Assembly: GCA_963737265.1 (NCBI GenBank)
Contig: CAVTRY010000015.1
Location: forward strand, 64,001-128,000
Length of the DNA: 64,000 bases
From: an uncultured delta proteobacterium
GTDB lineage: Bacteria > Myxococcota_A > Polyangia > Fen-1088
Direction: 5' to 3'
Part shown: positions 53,938 to 64,000 of the stretch, piece by piece
Layout: each line of letters starts with the position of its first letter
Position numbering within the stretch: position 1 is the first letter of the stretch
Notes under the pieces: generated by a model
Told to the model about the DNA's origin: nothing
Seen by the model: only the letters and a program-made list of their open reading frames with translations
Database searches by the model: none
Program-made: the position numbers and the translations under genes

Positions 53938-54570
53938 TCACGTATCCGCAGCCGTGAGCCGCCCACGCAGCTCGAGCTGTTGGCCATTGATTAGATCGGC
54001 GGGTGAGGCGTAACACGGCAACTCAGGGGCCAGCGGAAAACCAGCCTTTCGGTAAGCCTCGGCCACCAGCTCCGAACAGAACCAGCGCTCGGGTTGCCTG
54101 AACGGCCGCCGCAAGCAAAAAATCACGGCAAGGGCAAACCGCACCAGACCAATCATGTCGTACGGGAGCGACAGTTGTTGGAATCCAAAGTCAATCGCCG
54201 TCTCGCGGGCCGGTTCGGATGCCGCCAGACCGCAGTAGAAGATGCCGTCCGGGTAGTGATCGAGCAGCCGCGATACAGGAGCCAGCCGCACCCCCTTGCC
54301 CACGGCCTCAAGACAGTAGACACGGTCGTGATAGCGATACAGGATTCCCGCGTGCGAGTACTCGCTGTGCGTGAAATTCCGGATGAGCCAGCTCAACAGA
54401 CCGCAGCCGCAAAACAAAAGCACGTCCCCGCTGCGCATCGAGGCGCGGATTCCTTTCGCCTGTCCCGCGAAGTGCTCAAGGGGCTTCTCACCCGCGCTCG
54501 CGATGAGCGCACGTGCCTGCTTCCCAGCCTCGCGTCGAAGCCTTCGACGTTCCCTGAGTCCACCTTGCAT
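53938..54570 (-). CDS. Permuted papain-like amidase (YiiX/YebB, NlpC/P60 superfamily)
   Basis: GDVLLF, YSHAGI, PYD, FCSELV..AY, SP.DL; start uncertain. Confidence 0.85.
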   Translation of the reverse strand: MQGGLRERRRLRREAGKQARALIASAGEKPLEHFAGQAKGIRASMRSGDVLLFCGCGLLSWLIRNFTHSEYSHAGILYRYHDRVYCLEAVGKGVRLAPVSRLLDHYPDGIFYCGLAASEPARETAIDFGFQQLSLPYDMIGLVRFALAVIFCLRRPFRQPERWFCSELVAEAYRKAGFPLAPELPCYASPADLINGQQLELRGRLTAADT

Positions 54571-54744
54571 GCGCGAAACCTACCGCTGTCCTGGCCCGGT
54601 GTGAAGCCCCTTCATTTTCCACCCGTGGTGTCCGGAAAGTTATCGCTGAACCCCGCGCCATGGACATCATGACGCGACAACAAGGCCGTTGGGCGCGGAG
54701 AGCCATTAGCGAATGGCGAAGAGTAGCGGCATGGTCAGGAACCG

Positions 54745-55020
54745 TCAGCCGGCGAGTAGCAGGCGCCGCGGCTCGGGTTTCGCGTCGGAGGTGTGGGCCG
54801 CGGTCAGAAGCCCGAGCGCGGCGTCGAAGTGGTGGCGCGTGATGGCGACGCCATCGTTCGCTTCGCCAGTGCCAACAGCGTCCTTGACGCAACACATGGC
54901 GGCTCGCTGGCAGAAATACGCGATGTCCGCGCCGGTCATGCCCTGGACCATCTGGCCTCGGATTCAGACTACCAGCACCGGTTTTGCAAAAATTTCTCTT
55001 GCAATTCTCTCGGTTTCGAT
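54745..55020 (-). pseudogene. C-terminal lid fragment of an AAA+ ATPase (Cdc48/FtsH-like)
   Basis: NRE...EI....VL...GMTGADIAYFCQRAA...ITRHHFDAAL; no Walker motifs remain. Confidence 0.65.
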
Positions 55021-55209
55021 CCACGAAGCCCTGCTGCCGGTCTGTCGGTCTATGAGAGTGGTTTGCTCTTCCTGAACGGCGGGGCCGCGGCACCGAAGGT
55101 CGGCGAAGCTGCCGACGATGGAAGAATCTATTCGGTGGTCGAGCCCTTGGAGAAGGGCATCGTCTTCTACGAGACGAACTAGCGAGGTGTCCCTCCACCC
55201 ACGCGCAGC

Positions 55210-56379
55210 CTAGCTAACAAAGGCGCGCGGTAACGCCAGGGCATACTCGATCGCGGGGGGAATCTTCTCGGGGGGAAGGCCGCGCCAGTAGACGTGCCAG
55301 TCGGGGAAGCGAACCAGACCGTCGCATTGTTTGGCGTACCAGGGGACGATGGGGTTGGTCGGGCGGGCGCGCCAGAAGAAGACGGGGAAGTCGCGCTCGA
55401 TCATCGACCAGAGCTCTCCGCCGATGCCTTCGCCTTGCGCCGGGCGCTCGACGGCGAACTTGCTCAAATAGGGCGCGACGTCGGTGTTGGCGAGCAGGGC
55501 GGCGCCGCGGTAGTTCTCTTCCAGGTAGACGTGCTCGGCCTGGGCCGCGACCAGGCCGCCGTCCTCCAAGGCGCCCGGCATGAGCGCGCGGCCGAAGGCA
55601 GATTCGAGCAGGTCGTTCAGGCGCTTGCGGTCGACCGCGCCGAGGCCGCCGAGCTTGTCGATGCGCGATCCCTTGCGAATGAGCGTGCCGGCGCCGTTCA
55701 CGGTGAAGAGCTCGCGCAGCAGATGCAGCGGGTTGGCCACGGCCACGCTCATGCGTTGGGGCACTTGATCGAGCAACGTCTTCACGTGGCGCAGGAGCGA
55801 AGCATGGCGGCGGGGCAGGTCGCTGGTGGCGAGCAAGCGCTCGTAGTCAGTGGTCAAGTTCACCAGCGAGATGCGCGGCGCCCCTTCGCGTTCGATGCCC
55901 GAGCTGGTGGAAAGAAAAATCACCTTGCGGGTTTCGAGGCTGGTGGCGAGCGAGCGCAGCAGGCGAAAGCGGTCGTCGATGGCCAGCTCCTTGGCGGCGT
56001 CGAGCGACACGATGGGAATAGTGTTTTCCTCCAGCGTCTGGCGCACGCTGGTTTGGATTTCTTGCGGCAGATCCGTTCCCGAACCAATGACCTTGGCGGG
56101 GACTTGGTCTTCGAGCAGCCATTCCAGGATGTGCTGCGACTGCTTGTCGGCGTCGCGCGCGTCGAGCAGACCGACCAGGACCACGGGGTAGAGGCCAAGC
56201 CCGGCCAGGATGCGCAGGTCGAAGTGAAAGGGATCGAGCGCGGCGCGGACGATTTGCGCGTCGGCCACGATGATGGCGAAGCTCTCCTTGCGCTGCGAGC
56301 GGAAGAGCTTGAGGTAGAGATCGACGTCGGCTTTCTGGCCGACGCTTTCGAGGAAGCGTTGGAGGATTTCGGGATCCAT
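55210..56379 (-). CDS. Amino-acid-kinase-like plus NAT (DUF619) protein, NAGS/K-type
   Basis: L..ELFT..GAGTLIRKG linker; YLSKFAV...AQGEGIG..LW; FWRAR..NPI..WY; translationally coupled to argE. Confidence 0.8.
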   Translation of the reverse strand: MDPEILQRFLESVGQKADVDLYLKLFRSQRKESFAIIVADAQIVRAALDPFHFDLRILAGLGLYPVVLVGLLDARDADKQSQHILEWLLEDQVPAKVIGSGTDLPQEIQTSVRQTLEENTIPIVSLDAAKELAIDDRFRLLRSLATSLETRKVIFLSTSSGIEREGAPRISLVNLTTDYERLLATSDLPRRHASLLRHVKTLLDQVPQRMSVAVANPLHLLRELFTVNGAGTLIRKGSRIDKLGGLGAVDRKRLNDLLESAFGRALMPGALEDGGLVAAQAEHVYLEENYRGAALLANTDVAPYLSKFAVERPAQGEGIGGELWSMIERDFPVFFWRARPTNPIVPWYAKQCDGLVRFPDWHVYWRGLPPEKIPPAIEYALALPRAFVS

Positions 56380-57488
56380 CAGGTCATTACCTGAAGAAAC
56401 ATTCGCACAGCATCCTCGAGCTCGTCGAGATCAACATATTCGTCCGCCTTGTGGGCCTGTTCGATGTGGCCGGGACCGAATACCACGGCGTCGATGCCGT
56501 TTTCCACGAACTGGCCGGCCTCGGTGCCGAAGGGAAGATCGACGGTGGTCTGCGCGCGTTCGCCCAGCAGCGAGACGAAAGGCGAAATGTCGCGGGTTTC
56601 AAAGGCAGGATTGAAGGCGATGGTCTCCCACTCGGTGGCCAGCGGCGCCGCCGCCCCGCGAACCACCTCTTCCGCGCGCGATAGAATCGCGCGGTGGTCG
56701 ACGCCGGGCGCGGGACGGATGGAAAAAGTCAGTGTGGCCCGCGCGGGAATGATGTTGAAGGCCATGCCGCCGTCGAGCGCGGCCACGTTCATGCAAAGCC
56801 CGCGCAAGCCCTCGGGACCGAGCTCGCGCAGTAGGCCTCCCAATTCGTCGAGGGCAACCGCCGCGCGCGCCAGAGCCGCGAGTGGATTGGGCACGCTGTC
56901 GGCAAGCGACGAATGTCCGCCGGGGGCGCTCGCGCTGATGCGTGCGGCGTTGACGCCGCGATGGCGGACGCCGACGTGGCAGCCGGTGGGCTCGCACACT
57001 ATGGCGCGCGCGAGCCCGCGGGTTCGCGCGCTGGCCAGGAAATCGCGGATGCACGCGCCGCCGAGCTCTTCGTCGCCCGAGAACAACACGGCGAGATTGG
57101 GCGGCGTCTGTCCTGCGGCTTTCCGCCGCGCGAGCGCCTCGATGATGGCCGCGATGGCGCCCTTGGTGTCGGCGCTGCCGAGACCGTGCAGCCGTCGGCC
57201 GCGTCGGACGAGCGTGAGCGGATCGGTGCTGTAGCCGGCGTTGACGGGCACGGTGTCGATGTGGGCGTTCAGGAGTAGGGCCGGCGCGTCGGTCGCGAAC
57301 CGCGCGAACGTGGACCAGTGTCCGGCCGCGGAAAATGTCTCGACCGAGCGGGCGCCGACGCGGGCCAGCTCGCGCGCAAGCTCTTCCGCCAGCGGGCGTT
57401 CGTTTCCGCTCGGGTTGCGCGTGTCGAAGGCAACCAGCTCGGCCAGACGTCGTTCAACGCGGTCGCTGTCGTGCATGCGCAATTGCAT
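56379..57488 (-). CDS. argE: Acetylornithine deacetylase (M20)
   Basis: NAHIDTVP, GLGSADTKG, GDEE, CEPT, FGTEA, GPG.IEQAH..DE; start may be 57476. Confidence 0.88.
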   Translation of the reverse strand: MQLRMHDSDRVERRLAELVAFDTRNPSGNERPLAEELARELARVGARSVETFSAAGHWSTFARFATDAPALLLNAHIDTVPVNAGYSTDPLTLVRRGRRLHGLGSADTKGAIAAIIEALARRKAAGQTPPNLAVLFSGDEELGGACIRDFLASARTRGLARAIVCEPTGCHVGVRHRGVNAARISASAPGGHSSLADSVPNPLAALARAAVALDELGGLLRELGPEGLRGLCMNVAALDGGMAFNIIPARATLTFSIRPAPGVDHRAILSRAEEVVRGAAAPLATEWETIAFNPAFETRDISPFVSLLGERAQTTVDLPFGTEAGQFVENGIDAVVFGPGHIEQAHKADEYVDLDELEDAVRMFLQVMT

Positions 57489-57767
57489 TTACCACGGTCT
57501 TGACCACGGTGGTCGCGCGGTTCATGCTTTTCCCTGGGCCTTCTGCACGGTTCGACACCCGGACGAAGTTTCTTTTCCCTACAAGCAAAAAATTGGGAGC
57601 CGCCTCCGACCGATGGAATGAGCACGCCCGCTAGAGTCGGGAAGCCCGATGCGGTCAATCAAGTGGTTCCCCCCTACCATGGTAGGGGTCAGGACTCATC
57701 CGAACGGCCGAGGCGGAAGGTCCGCTATTCATAGCGCGTGCTTCGCCCGCAACCCAGCCGCTGACAT

Positions 57768-58949
57768 CTAGAAGGCCGGTTGATAGAAGGCGGAGGCGGG
57801 GCGCGCGAAGAGGAAGCCCTGGAAGAGATCGCAGCCGAGCTCGCAAAGGACGTCGCGCTCGGCGACGGTTTCCACACCCTCGGCCACCAGAAGCATTTCC
57901 ATTTCGCGACACAGGGAGGTCACCGACGCGACCAGGCGGCGCTTGACCGCGCTGCCCTCGATGCCGCGCACGAGGTTCATGTCGAGCTTCACGATGTCGG
58001 GATCGAGGATGGCGAAGCTGGTGAGGCCTGCATAGCCCGCGCCGAGATCGTCGACGGCAATGCGGAAGCCGAACTGGCGCAGCTCCGCCACGCGCTCGCG
58101 CACCTCCTCCAGGCTGGACAGCGGCGCGCGTTCGGTGATTTCGAGCACCACCCGATCGGCCATGGCCATGAGGGGCGAGTCAGGATCGGTGAGCTCGGGA
58201 TCGAGCAAATCGTAGGGATGCAGGTTGACGAAGAGCAACCATTCCTGGTTCATAAGAATGCGCCGATGAGCGGCGAAGGCGCGTACCGCACGGCCCAGCT
58301 TGCGGGTGGCACCCAAACGCTCGGCCGCGTCGATCATGTCGGTTGGGTTGGGAAGCGTGGGCTCGGAGCTGCGCAGCAATGCCTCGTAGCCCAAGATGGA
58401 CTTCGCGGACAGCGAGACGATGGGCTGGAATGCCATGCCAAACGAAGCGAGCGCCCGCGCAAAGCTGGCCTCGAGCCCGGCTCGGTCCGAAGGCCCCGGG
58501 ATACCGCCAATGCTGAGTGCCTCGCGTTTGAGACGCGCCAAGCGGTAAAGCTGCGTGGCCTGAACAACCGTTTCGCGCAGTCCATTGAGCTCGAAGGGTT
58601 TGGTCAGATAGCGAAACACTCCGTATTCGATGGCCTCGGCCGCGCCTTCCCAAGACGGCTGCCCGGTGACGAGCAGGACGGGAAGATCGGCGTCGTACTC
58701 GCGGATCGCGCGCAAAAGCTCGAGCCCCGTCATACCCGGCATGTTGATGTCGCTGATCACCGCCGCGAATCCGCCCTGCTGGATCTCCGCCACGGCCTCC
58801 GCGCCGCTGGAACAGGCGATAACATCGAACGACTCTCCGAGCACGCGGGCGAGCAAGCCCAAAACGACGGGCTCGTCGTCCACCACCAAAATTGCCGTCC
58901 GCCGTCCCGCTTCCCCGAGTGCGCCGACCACATCGATTTTCTGACCCAT
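57768..58949 (-). CDS. Response regulator with EAL phosphodiesterase domain
   Basis: ILVVDDE..DINMP; FQPIV, YEALLR, EITE, DDLGAGY, KLD, AEGVET, QGFLFARP. Confidence 0.93.
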   Translation of the reverse strand: MGQKIDVVGALGEAGRRTAILVVDDEPVVLGLLARVLGESFDVIACSSGAEAVAEIQQGGFAAVISDINMPGMTGLELLRAIREYDADLPVLLVTGQPSWEGAAEAIEYGVFRYLTKPFELNGLRETVVQATQLYRLARLKREALSIGGIPGPSDRAGLEASFARALASFGMAFQPIVSLSAKSILGYEALLRSSEPTLPNPTDMIDAAERLGATRKLGRAVRAFAAHRRILMNQEWLLFVNLHPYDLLDPELTDPDSPLMAMADRVVLEITERAPLSSLEEVRERVAELRQFGFRIAVDDLGAGYAGLTSFAILDPDIVKLDMNLVRGIEGSAVKRRLVASVTSLCREMEMLLVAEGVETVAERDVLCELGCDLFQGFLFARPASAFYQPAF

Positions 58950-59134
58950 GCATTCACCCAGACAGGACCGCGCCCGTTTCTTTTCGATGGTTAAGTGTGT
59001 GCATGGATCGGCGACATCGCCAGCGGCAAGAGCGATGCGACTGCGCGTCACGCCCAATCGGTGACGCGGCCGCGAGTCGATTTTTTTGAGGGCTCGCAGT
59101 ACATCCGGGGATCGCGATGTGCCCAGCTTGGAAC

Positions 59135-59314
59135 CGACGAGGTGTGGCGATAGGCGCGCAGAAAAGATTCCTGCGCCAAATCCTCGGCCGTCGGGCCGGC
59201 GAAGCCCAGCAGTCCCAGGAAACGAAACACCGGGCGTTCGTGCCGCAGGACCAGAAGGCGAAAGGCATCGCGATTTCCCGCAAGCGTCTGGCGTATGAGG
59301 AAGGCGTCATCCAT
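59135..59314 (-). pseudogene. ECF sigma factor N-terminal fragment
   Basis: MDDAFLI...LAGNRDAFRLLVLRH...AEDLAQESFLRAY (region 2), then truncated. Confidence 0.75.
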
Positions 59315-59429
59315 CGCAGTCTGTCTTGTTATACCGGCCAGCACGCGAAAGGTTCCCCAAGCGGTCGCACAGGCGAGCAGTTCGGTTCTCGCCTTGCCCG
59401 TGCTAGGACTGGCCTGTCTGGGATTCCCC

Positions 59430-59912
59430 ATGCGCAAGATTCGAGTCTCCTCGGTGCTGCCGGTCTCGTATCGCAACGAGCTGGAGCGAATTGTGTTCTT
59501 CAACCAGGAGCAGAATCTGGTCGCCGCGCCGCTGGTCGATTCCGTTCACCGCTACGGCGTGCCGACGATTGTCGGCGAGAACGGCTGCCTGCGCTTCCGC
59601 GTGAGCGCCTTTGGCCGACTGCAGAGCCTCTACGCGTTCGACGACATGACCGCGCCGGCGCGACTCGTCGGCGTGGCCATGTTCGTCCGGGATGCGCCCC
59701 CGAGCATCGTCGTTCTCCACCTGGCGGCCCATGAAGACTACACCGCCCGCGGCAAATGGGCGCACGCATCGGTGGTGGTCCAACTCCTCGCCGCGATTCG
59801 CAGCGCCTGCCTGTGTACGCGCGGAATCGAGACTCTCACAGTCCTTTATCCGCACGAGATCAGGTTGCGACTACGGTCGACGGTTCCCGCGTCCGCTGCC
59901 GTCGGCGGATGA
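59430..59912 (+). CDS. Hypothetical protein (possibly GNAT-like)
   Basis: Clean ORF with typical codon usage; VVLHLAAHEDY..RG segment is only suggestive. Confidence 0.55.
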   Translation: MRKIRVSSVLPVSYRNELERIVFFNQEQNLVAAPLVDSVHRYGVPTIVGENGCLRFRVSAFGRLQSLYAFDDMTAPARLVGVAMFVRDAPPSIVVLHLAAHEDYTARGKWAHASVVVQLLAAIRSACLCTRGIETLTVLYPHEIRLRLRSTVPASAAVGG

Positions 59913-59930
59913 ACGAAACAGCAACTTTTC

Positions 59931-59970
59931 TTGACACGTGACAGATGTTCCGTACCATACGTATGTTCAG
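59931..59970 (+). promoter_or_regulatory. lexA promoter with overlapping putative LexA box
   Basis: -35 TTGACA (59931), -10 TACCAT (59953); CCATACGTATGTTCAG (59955-70) resembles the Myxococcus box CTRHAMRYBYGTTCAGS. Confidence 0.65.
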
Positions 59971-59991
59971 TAACTGAGCATAGGAGCAGGC

Positions 59992-60642
59992 ATGGGCCAG
60001 TTGACCATCGTGCGTGACGAAGAATCAGCCAGCGAGCTCACGGACAGGCAGCGTGAGGTGCTGGACTTCATCAGCGAATCCATCAAAATGAGTGGCTACC
60101 CGCCAACCCTGCGCGAGATCGGCAGCCATTTCGGCATTCGATCGACCAACGGGGTGAACGATCACCTGCGCGCGCTGGAAAAGAAGGGCTACCTGCATCG
60201 CGAGGACCTAAAGTCGCGCGCCCTGCGCCCGCTGTTCACCGAGGACAATGTGGTCGAGGTGCCGGTGCTTGGGCGGGTTGCGGCAGGGCAGCCCATGCTG
60301 GCCGTGCCCAACTACGAGGACACGGTCAAGATCGATCGTTTCTTCATCGGCCAGAACCGCGAGGTGTTTGCGCTGCGGGTGAAGGGCGAATCGATGATCG
60401 AGGCTGGCATCTTTGACGGCGACTATGTTTTCGTTCGCAAGCAGCTGAAGGCGGCGTCGGGCGAGGTGGTGGTGGCCATGATCGAGGACGAAGCCACGGT
60501 CAAGCGCTACTACCCGGAAGGCGACACCATCCGCTTTCAGCCCGCCAACGCCGCCATGAAACCCATCCTGGTGCGCAAGCGCGATTTCCGTAGTGTGGAT
60601 TTGCTAGGCGTCGTCATCGGCGTCTATCGCAAGCTCGGGTAG
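59992..60642 (+). CDS. lexA: SOS repressor LexA
   Basis: [24 protein letters not shown] cleavage site, GESM, ATVKR. Confidence 0.97.
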   Translation: MGQLTIVRDEESASELTDRQREVLDFISESIKMSGYPPTLREIGSHFGIRSTNGVNDHLRALEKKGYLHREDLKSRALRPLFTEDNVVEVPVLGRVAAGQPMLAVPNYEDTVKIDRFFIGQNREVFALRVKGESMIEAGIFDGDYVFVRKQLKAASGEVVVAMIEDEATVKRYYPEGDTIRFQPANAAMKPILVRKRDFRSVDLLGVVIGVYRKLG

Positions 60643-61370
60643 CGGGCGCGCCGAAATTTCGTCGCCGCCTGGCGTGCGCGATTCGCCCATGTGAAAGTGG
60701 CGATGGAAAACCGAGTGCCCGAGGTAGATGAGCGGCGTCAGGAGGACCGCCATGACCAGCTTGCCGACGTAGTTGTCGGCCGCGTTGGACAGAATGAACC
60801 CGAGCGGCCGGGTGCCGACCAGGAAGACGAAGCTCACCGACACGCTGTCGATGGCTTGCGAGACCACGGTCGATCCGGTCGAGCGCAACCATAGCAACTT
60901 GTGGCCAGTCAGCCGGCGCAGAACCTGGAAGATAGAAATGTCGAGCAGCTGACCAATGATGTAGGCAGTCAGGGAGGCAACATAAAGTCGGGACGAGGTC
61001 CCGAACGCGCCTCGAAAGACGGTGTCGGAGATAGGGGAATCGGCGACGGTCGGCAGGGCCAGCGCCAAGTTGATAACGGCCCACACGAAGACCGCCGCCA
61101 CCAGCCCAGCATAGGTCAGGCGGCGCGCCCCCTGCGTGCCGTAGAACTCGTTGACCACGTCGGTAAGGACGAAGGTCAGCGGAAACGGAATGATGCCTGC
61201 TGAAAAGCTGCGGCCAGCGAACACGAAGAACTTACCGCCGACAAAATCCCCGGCCACAAGGGCCGCGACGAAGAGGGCCGTGAGGAAGATGTAAACGCGT
61301 TGTTTTCGGTCCAAACCAACCTCGAAGTTGGCGTCGGGCTTCGGTTGATCCGGCGCCGTCGTCCCAACTC
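60604..61370 (-). CDS. Queuosine precursor transporter (YhhQ/VUT family)
   Basis: [39 protein letters not shown]; start approximate. Confidence 0.9.
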
Positions 61371-61402
61371 TGTCCCCAAATCGGGACAAACGCCAGCCGC
61401 TT

Positions 61403-64000
61403 TCAGGCGCCTTCGACGAGCGACCAGTATTCTTCCGAAAGCATGAACGCGACCAATTCGCACAGGGCGGGGGACGCGCGCAATTGTTCCTGCCGGCGTG
61501 CCAGCGTCGCTTCCTCGCCGGAGACTGGGCTATCCACCTTGAGCAGTCCCGCCAGCGCACGCAGGGCCGCAAGCGGCCGGCCGCACGCGAGGAGACCCAC
61601 GCGATCCGCGGTGTAGCGGCATCCGCGAATGTAGTTGTCGAGCTCGGGCGGATTGGCGAGTGCGCGGCTCGCGTTTTCGATGAGCTCGTCCTTGGCCTTG
61701 TCCAAGGGAATCAGCGCCGCAATCTCCGGCTTGCGCAGGCGTTCGGTCCACAGTGCCGTCGCTTGTTCGGCGGACTCCTCGTCGATTTCAAAGGGCGCAC
61801 CGGGCGCCCCTGCCACGCGAAGTACCGCGCGCAGCATGCCGCGCAGGTTGCGCTGGGACATGCGCAGCACCGCGAGCGTTCCGGCGCGCGCCTGTTCGAG
61901 GGCGCGCGCGGTGAAGAAGCGCAGGTCGGCGGCAGGCAAGGCCTCCGCCTGGCGCCCAATGCGTATGCACAGGGGTTGGGTCGCGGCGAAGGTCACGTCT
62001 GCGCCCTCGCCGTGGGCGACAAAGGGGATCGGCGGCACGGCCAACTTGGCTCGCAGATTCTCGCACAGGGCGATGGTTTCGGGCCGAAGCTCGGCGCCTG
62101 GCGCCGGTGCTACCGCCGGCTCGCCCACGTTGGCAAACGCAGGCGCGAGATCTTGCAGCACCTTGCGCAAGGGGCCGTGACAGAGCGGATGCACGGCGAT
62201 TCCTGGCGCGAAAGCCTGCGCACGAGGCGCCGTCTCTTCGCCGAGAGCCGCCAAGCGGCCGTCCGCACCGATGCCCGGATCGATGAAATGCGCCAGGCTG
62301 TACGCGGCCCGGGCCAGCGAGACCTGGCCTCGTCGGTCGAGGATGCGCGCTAGCACCATGGCCTGTCCGGCGTCGCCGGGATCGTTCAGCACCCCGCGCA
62401 GGGCAGCCCCGCGCAGCTCCAGCTCGAAGTCGGGAGGCGCGGACGCCAGGACGCACTTCATGGCGGCGTCGAGCGAGTGCAGCGCACCGCGATCGACTCT
62501 CGCGATGAGCTCGCCCAAACGAATCGCCGCGAGGTCCGGGCGCAGCGGGAATCCCAGGAGCGGCGATTCCAGGGCCGTCTTGGCCAGCGCCTCGTCGTTG
62601 CGCGCGAGCAGCGCGGCCATCGCCACCAGCAACCCCATGTCCTCCTGATCGACCTTGGGTACCGGCGCCGCGTGCACGAGATCCGCCCCGACGTCGGCCA
62701 GATTTGCCAGCTCGGCTTTGGCCCAGTGATAGGACACGAGACGCGCCAGCGTGGGGGCAGAGCTCGGATCGAGGTCGGACGCGCGCAAGTAAGCATCGTG
62801 CGCGCCTTCGGTATCGGCAAGTGTTGCGCGCAGAATCTCGCCCTTGCGAAAGAGTGCCTCCGCCTTCCTGGCAGGGTCGCCGAGAATGCGCGACAAGCGC
62901 TCGCACGTCGCCGCGGCTTCCTTGTGCAAGCCGAGGCGTTGATAGGTCGTGATGGTCAGTTCCAGGGTCGATGCCCGATCGGGATCGCTGGCCAGCGCAA
63001 GCTCCAGATTTTGCCGCGCGGCCGGCAGGTCGCCGAGCCCGAGATACACTTGCCCCAAGCGCTGGCGGGCGAGGGTGAGCCCCTCGACCGACTCCTTGGG
63101 TAGATGACGCATGGCTTCTTGCAGGTGGAGCGCTGCCTCGGCGAAATCGCCGCGCGCAAGCGCGAATCCCGCCAATGCCTCGCGCGCACCCTCGTTGTGC
63201 GGATCCAAGGCCACGGCTTCCCGATACGCGGCTTCCGCCTCGCTGTGATCCCCGAACATCTCGGCCAGCTCCGCCCGACGGGAGGCGAGTGTCTCGGCCG
63301 AGACGACGGCGGCGGCGCCCGGCACCGCTGCCAATCGGTTGTAGGTCGTGCGTGCCTTGTCCCATTCCTGCGAGCGGTAGGCCAATTCCCCCACCAACGC
63401 GAGCGCGCCCGCCGAATCTGGATTTAGGCCAAGAGCTTCCTCCAACTCGGCCTCGGCCTCGGCGATTTCCCCGCGCGCGACCAGCAAGCGCACATGCGCC
63501 ACGAGCCACGCCACACGCGAATCCGGCGAGCGGTCGAGCGCCGCGGCCGCGACCAACCTTTGCTCCGCGTTGTGCAGATCGCCCGCGCTTTCCGCCGCTT
63601 CCGCAAGCGCCACCTGCAAGCGTGCGCGGTAGAGATCGGGCAGGGTCGGCGCCTTGGCGAGCAAGTCCCGCCACGCGCGATTGCGTGCCGCCAGGTCATC
63701 GAGGCGACCGTAGGCGTCGAAGAGGGCCTTGGCCACGAGCAGGTTGTCGGGCACTTCGGCGCGTAGTTTTTCCAGAGCCGAGATGGCGACCTCCGTCGCC
63801 GTTTCGGTCTGCGATGCTAGATCTACCAGCCGGCGGGTTAGGCCGGACTGGTCTTCGTCCGCAGCGCGCAGGCGCTGGTGGCCCAAGCACGCGAGGGCGT
63901 CGGCCACATCCCCGGCTCTCTCGGCCAGATCCGCGCGCAGCGTGAGGACGTCTTCGTCGAGCTTGTCGCCGGCGATGGCTTGCAGCAACGACAGGGCCGG
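61403..64000 (-). CDS. Large TPR protein (partial, runs off window end)
   Basis: Many TPR repeats; C-terminal TADRVGLLACG and LVAFMLSEEY motifs typical of myxobacterial TPR proteins. Confidence 0.8.
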   Translation of the reverse strand, partial: PALSLLQAIAGDKLDEDVLTLRADLAERAGDVADALACLGHQRLRAADEDQSGLTRRLVDLASQTETATEVAISALEKLRAEVPDNLLVAKALFDAYGRLDDLAARNRAWRDLLAKAPTLPDLYRARLQVALAEAAESAGDLHNAEQRLVAAAALDRSPDSRVAWLVAHVRLLVARGEIAEAEAELEEALGLNPDSAGALALVGELAYRSQEWDKARTTYNRLAAVPGAAAVVSAETLASRRAELAEMFGDHSEAEAAYREAVALDPHNEGAREALAGFALARGDFAEAALHLQEAMRHLPKESVEGLTLARQRLGQVYLGLGDLPAARQNLELALASDPDRASTLELTITTYQRLGLHKEAAATCERLSRILGDPARKAEALFRKGEILRATLADTEGAHDAYLRASDLDPSSAPTLARLVSYHWAKAELANLADVGADLVHAAPVPKVDQEDMGLLVAMAALLARNDEALAKTALESPLLGFPLRPDLAAIRLGELIARVDRGALHSLDAAMKCVLASAPPDFELELRGAALRGVLNDPGDAGQAMVLARILDRRGQVSLARAAYSLAHFIDPGIGADGRLAALGEETAPRAQAFAPGIAVHPLCHGPLRKVLQDLAPAFANVGEPAVAPAPGAELRPETIALCENLRAKLAVPPIPFVAHGEGADVTFAATQPLCIRIGRQAEALPAADLRFFTARALEQARAGTLAVLRMSQRNLRGMLRAVLRVAGAPGAPFEIDEESAEQATALWTERLRKPEIAALIPLDKAKDELIENASRALANPPELDNYIRGCRYTADRVGLLACGRPLAALRALAGLLKVDSPVSGEEATLARRQEQLRASPALCELVAFMLSEEYWSLVEGA

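Overview
GC-rich bacterial chromosome segment whose gene content (Cys-rich and Gly/Thr-linker lipoproteins, sigma-54 activators, Ser/Thr kinase-ATPase, large TPR proteins) suggests Myxococcota; the taxonomy is inference. Housekeeping genes are dnaJ (3' end), an Slt transglycosylase, ptsI, GH57, prfC, cydAB, an RlmL-like methylase, argE with an NAGS/K-like gene, lexA and a queuosine-precursor transporter. They alternate with accessory patches of gene debris. Main observations: (1) a 513-aa protein made only of six tandem plant-type AP2 DNA-binding domains, with no nuclease or integrase domain; (2) a run of seven hairpins upstream of it, including a repeated palindrome that recurs in collapsed form 40 kb away; (3) both lie in a ~10.4-kb island bounded by a 157-bp direct repeat of the dnaJ/slt junction, next to an IS91-family remnant; (4) a 1429-bp IS4-family element with 17-bp IRs and an 11-bp TSD splitting an MBL hydrolase; (5) a decayed Rhs/Ntox44 toxin-immunity locus and a candidate Tlde1-like effector-immunity pair; (6) clusters of 11-18-bp tandem duplications. 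About eight otherwise intact genes carry single frameshifts, probably assembly errors. No rRNA, tRNA or CRISPR array was seen. All family assignments come from motif recognition by eye, not database searches.
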